NCBI GenBank assembly: GCA_030651815.1
Contig: JAUSBW010000271.1
Location: forward strand, 4,137-68,136
Direction: 5' to 3'
DNA: 64,000 bases
Source of the DNA: Methanoregula sp.
GTDB lineage: Archaea; Halobacteriota; Methanomicrobia; Methanomicrobiales; Methanospirillaceae
Shown here: positions 47,439 to 53,906 of the stretch, one piece after another
Layout of the letters: each line of letters starts with the position of its first letter
How positions within the stretch are numbered: position 1 is the first letter of the stretch
Translations under genes and position numbers: made by a program
The notes under the pieces: model-generated
The model's database searches: none
What the model was told of the DNA's origin: nothing
What the model saw: only the letters and a program-made list of their open reading frames with translations

Positions 47439-47907
47439 CAGGATTCTCCGCAATCCGGATCTCGAACACCGGGCTCGTGTATCCGCCATTCGCCGCGCTG
47501 AAATCCCGGACCCGCCCCATCTGGGCGAACTTGCGCCGACCGGTCCGGATCTGAATCGTGTGGATACCCGGCGCTCGCGGGTAAACCCGGCGACAATCGA
47601 TGTCATGCATCTCCTCATATGGTGGGATGTCGAACCAGTCCGGCCAGAACCGGACCCCTCGCGGAATGTCCGTTCCACAGCGCAGGTCCTGCAACCGCAT
47701 GGGCGAGAGGTTATCGTAGCGCACATCGATGATCAGATTCTCATCGCACTGCTCCGGGTGCAGGTCCAGTTCATAGAAGATCGGATTGCGCCGCACCTCG
47801 TCCCGTGTGAGTGGGGTGCGGACCGTGAGCAGCTCAAGCCCGTCGAACTTTCCCCGGTAGAGGCCGGTCACTGTAGCGATTGGCTGCATCGCGCTCTCAG
47901 CTTCCAT
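47425..47907 (-). CDS. hypothetical soluble protein (160 aa)
   Basis: Counted from the internal ATG (MEAESAMQ). Overlaps neighbours on both sides (11 and 14 nt), implying translational coupling. No motif recognised. Confidence 0.5.
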   Translation of the reverse strand: MEAESAMQPIATVTGLYRGKFDGLELLTVRTPLTRDEVRRNPIFYELDLHPEQCDENLIIDVRYDNLSPMRLQDLRCGTDIPRGVRFWPDWFDIPPYEEMHDIDCRRVYPRAPGIHTIQIRTGRRKFAQMGRVRDFSAANGGYTSPVFEIRIAENPDVRE

Positions 47908-48061
47908 GACACTCCTCCTTGTGGTGATCGTGCTCGTTCCGGTGTTTCTTGAACTCCTCGACAACCTCATCATACCTGCCGATCTTCTGGTAGATGGCAA
48001 ACAGCATGGGATAGAGCGGGAGCACGGCTCCAAGCATAATCCCTAAAACTTCAGTGTCCAT
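47897..48061 (-). CDS. small membrane protein with His-rich tail (54 aa)
   Basis: MDTEVLGIMLGAVLPLYPMLFAIY TM helix, then KKHRNEHDHHKEECHGS. GGAGGG Shine-Dalgarno-like sequence about 7 nt upstream. Confidence 0.4.
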   Translation of the reverse strand: MDTEVLGIMLGAVLPLYPMLFAIYQKIGRYDEVVEEFKKHRNEHDHHKEECHGS

Positions 48062-48072
48062 AACGGCCCTCC

Positions 48073-48127
48073 AAAAAAAAGACGAGAGGACCAAAAAGGG
48101 AGGTGACCAAAAGATAGGTCTCCTCCC
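48073..48127 (-). terminator. intra-operon hairpin + T-runs (attenuator/terminator) after the 167-aa gene
   Basis: 11-bp stem with one mismatch (48098-48108 / 48117-48127), followed on the minus strand by T5 (48093-48097) and T8 (48073-48080). Confidence 0.45.
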
Positions 48128-48153
48128 CCCTGGTCTTTTCGCCCAAAGCGATT

Positions 48154-48657
48154 CTAAGCGAGTGCCGCTACGGTGTCTGCCCAGGTTTCGACCTTTGTCC
48201 GGATGCCATCATCCGAATAGGAGGTGAGGGAAACCCGCTCCCGGCCGAAGTTCACCATGAACAGTTCACCGTTCGGGTCATGGCACTTGAGGGTCGCGCT
48301 GAACGTCTCGTTGTCGGAGTCACGGGCCGCAGTGCCGCCATGGGCGGTTGAAAGGGCCGTGTCTGCGAGAATCGCTGTGGCTCCTGCATCGAAACCGGCG
48401 ATGGTGGCGAACTTGTCCGACAGGCTGCCGACAGTCTTTGCCATGGCGTCCTGGTAGACAATCTTCACGGTGTAACCTTCCTTTGTCTTCTCAACCGGGT
48501 CATGGGTTACACCTGCGGTCATATACGATACACATGCAAACGGGTTGTCGGTAATGACCGACTGGACGATCGTGTTGAAGGTCGTAACATCTGCAATCGG
48601 GCTCGCGAGTTCGCGAACCGCACTCTTTGTTACATTGCTCTGTACGAAATCTGCCAT
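48154..48657 (-). CDS. hypothetical acidic Thr/Ala/Asp-rich protein (167 aa), possibly abundant/structural
   Basis: Clean ORF with an AGGA ~12 nt upstream, its own promoter-like region and a downstream attenuator-like hairpin. No signal peptide, no family recognised. Confidence 0.6.
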   Translation of the reverse strand: MADFVQSNVTKSAVRELASPIADVTTFNTIVQSVITDNPFACVSYMTAGVTHDPVEKTKEGYTVKIVYQDAMAKTVGSLSDKFATIAGFDAGATAILADTALSTAHGGTAARDSDNETFSATLKCHDPNGELFMVNFGRERVSLTSYSDDGIRTKVETWADTVAALA

Positions 48658-48758
48658 GTTGTTTTCATTCCTTTTTTTGTCTGTTTTTCTCCCCTTGGGC
48701 CCTTGGGTTATAATATTACTCTATATGACTGGGGACTTAGGTTTTACTGAAGGGGGGG
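48640..48758 (-). promoter_or_regulatory. promoter/operator region, copy A (includes the first 6 codons of the 167-aa gene)
   Basis: On the minus strand: conserved block CCCCTTCAGTAAAACCTAAGTCC, the AT-rich TATA-like AGTAATATTATAA, a tandem 8-mer (plus-strand CCCTTGGG at 48692-48699 and 48700-48707), then ATGGCAGATTTCGTACAG. Repeated at 50739-50832. Confidence 0.6.
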
Positions 48759-48958
48759 AATAAAAAGAATAAAAAAATGTCTTAAGAGATGAGGCTGTTG
48801 CACAGTTCGAAAAAAAGGATGGTTGTTTATATACTCGACAGGAAAATCTCTTCAATTTGCGACTTGTTTAGACATTTTTTGCATTTGTGCAACGACCTCA
48901 GATGGCGATGGTGATACACCCTTTAAAAATGGGGAGGCTGATGGAAAGGTAAGTTTCT

Positions 48959-49472
48959 TCAGAGGTCAGGGGGATTTATTTCCCATTTTTTAATCAGTCG
49001 TTCAGACTCTGCACGGGGCAGCCAGCGTTTGTTGGCGAGCATTGTCCGTAATGCCCGTGCCGCTTCCTGTGGAGGGAGGAGTTCCCGGTGAATCATCTCT
49101 TCTAATAGCCAGAGAGTGCCGTGATATTCAACTTTATGGGAATCGGCCAGTTCACGAAGGGGACCATCACCGGATATGAGAAGTGAGCGATGCCGGCGTG
49201 CAAGAATATACACTAAAGAGATCGTTTGGGGATAATTCGATGTGTTCGATCTGAAGTGTTTCGATCATGAGGACCTGTTCTGCTTCAAGTCCGAGGATTT
49301 TCAAACCAAGCGCATGCAGTTCAGAGGGGGAATACGACCGGGAAATTTCATCCGCAACGATATCTGATGTAGAAAAATCAAACGGGAGAGAAAAGAGAGT
49401 ATCAAAGATACCTCCCTCAATAAAATCAAGGAGGATGGACGCATCGATAATACATTTTTTCTGCCCGGTCAT
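48959..49472 (-). pseudogene. PIN-domain (DUF3368/PIN_3-like) gene split by a frameshift
   Basis: ORFs 49167-49472 (CIIDASILLDF, DIVADEI) and 48959-49213 (YILARRHRSLLISGDG...YHGTLWLLEE) together form one PIN domain. The frames switch inside the GTGTATAT run (plus-strand 49206-49213). Confidence 0.7.
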
Positions 49473-49482
49473 TTAGTCATCC

Positions 49483-50523
49483 TCAGGCACAGGGCTCTGC
49501 GGCGTTTGCATTCTCATCTCCGAGAAGCTCCGTGAACCGGGATTGGGAAATTGTATGTTCGCTGACTGCCCTAAATAGCAGGAGTCTCATCAGTGTTGGC
49601 GACTCTTCTGAAACTTGTTTGTCCGGTTCAGTCTTGTGCCATCCCCGGGCCCGCAGATCAATCCAGTATCGTTTGGCAGCTGCCTGAGTAATAATACCCA
49701 GATCTGCTGCACGGTGAATCCAGGCCGCCATGCTCATCCCGTATTTGTGCTTCAAAAGATACAACTCCCGGAAGTCCAGCACATTTCTCTGTTTACCGAG
49801 TTCGAAGGTTGCCATGTCTTCCGGTACGAGAAATGCTCCTGCAAACCGGTGGGCTGCTGCTTCTTCCTCCATGTCGGATTCGATGTGTAAGACAAGGTGC
49901 CCGAGTTCATGGGCAAGATTGTAGCGCTGCCGGTCGCCGGGGAAGTGTTTGTTCACCACAATGACGGGGCACTTCTCATTATACCAGAGCGTCAGGGCAT
50001 CGAACTTTTCCGGTGCATCGACCACGCCGACTTTGATGCCGTGCTGCTCGAGTATGTCCATCACATTCTCAATGGGATCGGATCCAAGGTTCCATTCTTT
50101 CCGGATCCGCTGCGCTATTCTCTCGATGTCGCCAGCGGTCTTTACCCTGCACTGTTCCGGCTGGGGGAGATCCAGGGGTTTTTTTGCACCCGTGAGATGC
50201 TCGATCATGAGATACCGCTCCAGCCACTCCGCTGTTTTCCCGAGAATCTTTGTCTCGTCTTTCTTTGCCAGGGCTTTCCTGCACCGGTACGAGGGTCTTG
50301 TGAGTTTCACGCTGGTAGACCGGAAGAAGTACTCCATCTTGATTTCAAGTGCTTTTGACAATGCGATCAGCACGGTTGAGTTGGGGGTAACTGTCCCCGT
50401 CTCGTATTTTGATATCGCCATTTTGGAGATCCCCATCTTCTCTCCCAGATCATCCTGGGACAATCCGGCAATTATGCGGGCTGCCTTGATCCGCTCACCA
50501 ATAGATGTCATATTTTTATTCAT
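49483..50523 (-). CDS. XRE-family HTH fused to ImmA/IrrE-type metallopeptidase
   Basis: N-terminal IGERIKAARIIAGLSQDDLGEKMGISKMAISKYETG (HTH_XRE). HExxH motif LAHELGHLVLH in a COG2856-like domain. Confidence 0.85.
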   Translation of the reverse strand: MNKNMTSIGERIKAARIIAGLSQDDLGEKMGISKMAISKYETGTVTPNSTVLIALSKALEIKMEYFFRSTSVKLTRPSYRCRKALAKKDETKILGKTAEWLERYLMIEHLTGAKKPLDLPQPEQCRVKTAGDIERIAQRIRKEWNLGSDPIENVMDILEQHGIKVGVVDAPEKFDALTLWYNEKCPVIVVNKHFPGDRQRYNLAHELGHLVLHIESDMEEEAAAHRFAGAFLVPEDMATFELGKQRNVLDFRELYLLKHKYGMSMAAWIHRAADLGIITQAAAKRYWIDLRARGWHKTEPDKQVSEESPTLMRLLLFRAVSEHTISQSRFTELLGDENANAAEPCA

Positions 50524-50738
50524 CCCTTCTTTTTGTTCTGTTATTCTTCCATCTGGTTTACAAATTTTAGAAATTTTGGGTATAAGTAAACTATGTGCAG
50601 ATGTATAAGATAAAATCTGTGGTGAGAGGGGAGGAAAAAGGTGGCGGGAATGAAATTATTTAGAATTTGCACTCAGTGCGTGCAAAATCTGCAATCGGGT
50701 CTGTAATTTCAATGGATCACGCTTTTGGTTTCTGAACA

Positions 50739-50832
50739 CTGTACGAAATCTGCCATTGATTTTCTCCCACCCTTGGGCCCTCGGGCTGAATATTACTCTT
50801 TAGGAGAGAGGACTTAGGTTTTACTGAAGGGG
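50739..50832 (-). promoter_or_regulatory. promoter/operator region, copy B (with 15-codon remnant ORF)
   Basis: Same conserved blocks as copy A. The tandem 8-mer is CCCTTGGG (50770-50777) + CCCTCGGG (50778-50785). The identical ATGGCAGATTTCGTACAG then diverges to a stop after 15 codons (50709-50756). Lies ~230 nt upstream of the XRE-ImmA ATG. Confidence 0.6.
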
Positions 50833-50933
50833 AAGGGGGAGGAAGACGACAATAATTAATTCCACTTTCTTTTCTCAATAACTTCGGAATCTTCATCATC
50901 ATATCTTCACGATACTATTCCACAGAGGAACCA

Positions 50934-52475
50934 ATGGCACAATCTCAAAACAATACAAAACTGGACATCACCACCCTTGAGGGCTGGCTCTGGGAAGCCG
51001 CCTGCAAAATCCGTGGAGAGATCGATGCCCCGAAATACAAGGATTATATCCTGCCGCTCATTTTTTTAAAGCGGTTGTCCGATGTCTTTGATGACGAAGC
51101 GAAAAAGATGGAGAGCAAATATGGTAACCGCGATCTTGTGGAAAAAATCCTTGCGGAGGACCACCAGCTTGTACGGTTTTACCTGCCACCCGAATCCCGC
51201 TGGGATGCCATTGCCAAAAAGAGCGCAGGACTTGGAGAGAATATAACGGACGCGATGCGATCCATCGCCCGCGAGAATCCCAAACTTCAGGGCTCGATTG
51301 ACATCGTGGATTTCAACGCGACCGCAGCAGGGCAACGGATCATACCCGATGACTCTCTCAAGACACTGATCGGTGTCATGGGAAAACACCGGCTGGGTCT
51401 TTTAGATGTTGAGCCGGATATCATCGGCCGGGCCTACGAGTACCTGCTCCGGAAGTTTGCGGAAGGATCCGGCCAGAGTGCCGGTGAGTTCTATACGCCG
51501 CGTGAGGTCGCCATCCTCATGGCACAGATCCTCAATCCGAAACCGGGTGAGGAGGTCTATGATCCATGCTGCGGGTCCGGGGGTCTGCTGATCAAGTGTG
51601 CGATGAACTTCCGGGAAAAATATCACAATGATCCCGAAGTTGCCCCTCTCCAGTTCTGCGGGCAGGAGAACCAGCATGCTACGTTTGCCATGGCGAAGAT
51701 GAACACGTTCATCCACGATATGGAGGCGCAGATCTCTCTTCAGGATACCATGAAGTTCCCCCGGTTCCTGAACAAGGACGGTTCGCTCCGGCAGTTTGAC
51801 ATTGTGACAGCAAACCCGATGTGGAACCAGGATTTCGAGCAGAAGATATACGAGACCGACACCTACAACCGGTTCGCGCATGGCTACCCGCCTTCAAGCA
51901 GCGCAGACTGGGGATGGATCCAGCATATGTTCGCCTCGCTCAAGCAGAACGGACGGATGGCGGTGGTGCTGGATACCGGTGCAGTCTCGCGGGGCAGCGG
52001 AAATACCGGAAAGAACCGGGAGCGAGATATCAGGAAATATTTCGCGGAGCACGATCTTGTGGAAGCGGTCATTCTCCTGCCGGAGAACCTGTTCTATAAC
52101 ACTACGGCACCGGGGATTGTCCTTGTCATCAACCAGAAGAAGCCGCACAAGGGGGAGATCCTGCTGGTCAATGCTGCGAAACTCTTCCAGAAAGGGCGGC
52201 CGAAGAACTTTATGCCGGACGAGAGTATTGCGCAGGTTGCCGGGATTTTCCGGGAATGGAAGGTGGTGGACGGGATCAGCACGATTGTCTCTGCTGCTGA
52301 TATTGCGAAGAATGATTTCAACCTGAGTCCATCCAGGTACGTTGCACAGAATGGCAAGGATGAGACGCTTCCCTTGGAGGATGCGGTTGTGCTGCTGCGG
52401 GAAGCTGAGGAGGAGCGGCAGGAAGCGGATGTGCGGTTGAACAAGGTACTGGCGGGTTTGGGGCTGGATGTGTAA
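50934..52475 (+). CDS. hsdM: type I restriction-modification system methyltransferase subunit
   Basis: HsdM_N helical domain, motif I YDPCCGSGGLL, motif IV ANPMWNQ. 513 aa. Confidence 0.95.
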   Translation: MAQSQNNTKLDITTLEGWLWEAACKIRGEIDAPKYKDYILPLIFLKRLSDVFDDEAKKMESKYGNRDLVEKILAEDHQLVRFYLPPESRWDAIAKKSAGLGENITDAMRSIARENPKLQGSIDIVDFNATAAGQRIIPDDSLKTLIGVMGKHRLGLLDVEPDIIGRAYEYLLRKFAEGSGQSAGEFYTPREVAILMAQILNPKPGEEVYDPCCGSGGLLIKCAMNFREKYHNDPEVAPLQFCGQENQHATFAMAKMNTFIHDMEAQISLQDTMKFPRFLNKDGSLRQFDIVTANPMWNQDFEQKIYETDTYNRFAHGYPPSSSADWGWIQHMFASLKQNGRMAVVLDTGAVSRGSGNTGKNRERDIRKYFAEHDLVEAVILLPENLFYNTTAPGIVLVINQKKPHKGEILLVNAAKLFQKGRPKNFMPDESIAQVAGIFREWKVVDGISTIVSAADIAKNDFNLSPSRYVAQNGKDETLPLEDAVVLLREAEEERQEADVRLNKVLAGLGLDV

Positions 52476-52536
52476 TTCAATAAACAGGTATATAGCCAGA
52501 GCACGAATAATACAAGAATAACAGGAGCATGACATC

Positions 52537-52677
52537 ATGTCACCCTCGACAACAAAAAAACGTATTTACAACCCACTGACTGGCAAATATTACGAGATTC
52601 GCCAGCGTTCCAGCGCCTATGGGGTGGCTGGTCAGATCAAGGGATTGTGGAGCTCGAAAAAGAAGAAACAATCGTAA
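52537..52677 (+). CDS. small basic ORF (46 aa), in frame with the downstream PIN-like ORF
   Basis: AGGAG 8 nt upstream of the ATG. MSPSTTKKRIYNPLTGKYYEIRQRSSAYGVAGQIKGLWSSKKKKQS. A single TAA (52675-52677) separates it from the PIN reading frame. Confidence 0.35.
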   Translation: MSPSTTKKRIYNPLTGKYYEIRQRSSAYGVAGQIKGLWSSKKKKQS

Positions 52678-53403
52678 TCCCTGAAGGTCGATACAATTCC
52701 CCCTCAACGCTGGTATATTGATACAAATGTCATAGCGCACTGGGTTCTTGGCAAAGGGGGAGTTCTTCAGTTATTATGCGAACAATCCTCTCTTCCAGAC
52801 CAATTTTTTGAGATTTATTCAAATAGATATGAATCCTCTTTGACTTTTGTAAACACTGTAATCGATAAGAAAAACCAGAGAATTATTGATCATTTTTTTG
52901 TCTCCCATCTTGCGATCAATGAGCTGTTTTCAGCAATTCGCGACGAGATGCGAAGTATTCTTCTCTTCAATAAAGGGTGTCCCATTTCTATGTGGAGAAA
53001 TCCGAGATACGATCCAATTATCGCAGCAATAGATTACCAAGCGGTATATCAGCAAACCCTTCAGGCATTCATCCCCCTGTTTGAAAACGGCGAAAAAGAA
53101 GACAGTGTTATTCAGTTGATGGTAGAACAATCTCCAGAAAGTCCGAATTACTGGGATGTCTATTCGTCCATTTTGTTCATGGTTAAAGAGGCAAAAACCC
53201 ATGATGCAACATTATTAACGTCGGCGATTCTCGATAAGGCTGATTACTTTGTGACCCTCGATAAATCCCTGATAAAAAATGCAAAGAAGATGCTCAATGA
53301 CGAATATCATATCCTTCTTGTTACCCCGAAAGAGGCGATGAACATCTTCCGGACGAAACGGAAAAGTGGTGGGAAGCAGCAATCGAAGAAACAAGTGGTT
53401 TGA
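52678..53403 (+). CDS. PIN-like nuclease domain protein lacking a canonical start upstream of its catalytic N-terminus
   Basis: WYIDTNVIAHWVLG (first PIN Asp) is encoded at about 52711-52752. The first ATG/GTG/TTG in frame is the TTG at 52840. The C-terminal DATLLTSAILDKADYFVTLDKSL matches the last PIN motif. Confidence 0.5.
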   Translation, partial: SLKVDTIPPQRWYIDTNVIAHWVLGKGGVLQLLCEQSSLPDQFFEIYSNRYESSLTFVNTVIDKKNQRIIDHFFVSHLAINELFSAIRDEMRSILLFNKGCPISMWRNPRYDPIIAAIDYQAVYQQTLQAFIPLFENGEKEDSVIQLMVEQSPESPNYWDVYSSILFMVKEAKTHDATLLTSAILDKADYFVTLDKSLIKNAKKMLNDEYHILLVTPKEAMNIFRTKRKSGGKQQSKKQVV

Positions 53404-53431
53404 TCCAGATTAGAACTCTTATGAAAATCTC

Positions 53432-53884
53432 GTGTCGTATTCTCAGCGGCGTGCGGAATTGACCGGCATTGTGCTTTCCATTAAACCAAAATATGTAAAA
53501 GAGATCCTGAGCGGAGCAAAACAGTACGAGTTCCGCAAGCAGATCTTTAAAAATGACTCTGCAAAAACGGTGTTCATTTATTCCTCCTCGCCGCAAAAGA
53601 AAATTGTCGCCTGCTTCCGTGTGGGAAAAATCGTTGAGGGGCATCCCGATTTCCTGTGGGAGCAGTTCTGGGATGTTTCCGGCATCAGCGAGCAGGAGTT
53701 CTTCGAATATTTTTCTGACCGTGTTACCGGGTATGCTATCCGGATCGAAGATCTGGAACCGTTCCCAGAGCCGGTTGATCCGCACGTGATGTTCGAGCGG
53801 TTTGTTGCGCCGCAGTCTTTTTGTTATGTGGATTATCCCTACAATAACCAACTATTAAGGATTGTGAACTCAATCTCTTCCTGA
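53432..53884 (+). CDS. ASCH-domain protein
   Basis: LSIKPKYVKEILSGAKQYEFRKQ N-terminus typical of ASCH (PUA-like fold). 150 aa, GTG start. Confidence 0.75.
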   Translation: MSYSQRRAELTGIVLSIKPKYVKEILSGAKQYEFRKQIFKNDSAKTVFIYSSSPQKKIVACFRVGKIVEGHPDFLWEQFWDVSGISEQEFFEYFSDRVTGYAIRIEDLEPFPEPVDPHVMFERFVAPQSFCYVDYPYNNQLLRIVNSISS

Positions 53885-53906
53885 TAGTTTCAGAATTGTG
53901 ATCGAA

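Noticed and set aside
46854-48094. N-terminal extensions of the track ORFs 46854-47726, 47425-48033 and 47897-48094.
   Set aside because: The extended parts run out of frame across the preceding gene and are Arg/Ser/Cys-rich. Internal ATGs (47438, 47907, 48061) give compact coupled genes, one of them with a GGAGGG RBS.
50717-50902. 61-aa ORF spanning promoter copy B.
   Set aside because: It overlaps the duplicated non-coding promoter blocks, has a Pro/Ser/Lys-rich product, and has no counterpart ORF over copy A.
42606-52677. Idea that TAA is recoded or read through genome-wide, prompted by the two in-frame TAA cases at 42606 and 52675.
   Set aside because: Conserved genes in the window show normal lengths with no internal TAA, and several terminate at TAA where expected (for example L37Ae, RpoP, hsdM). 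The two cases are better treated as local mutations or special cases.
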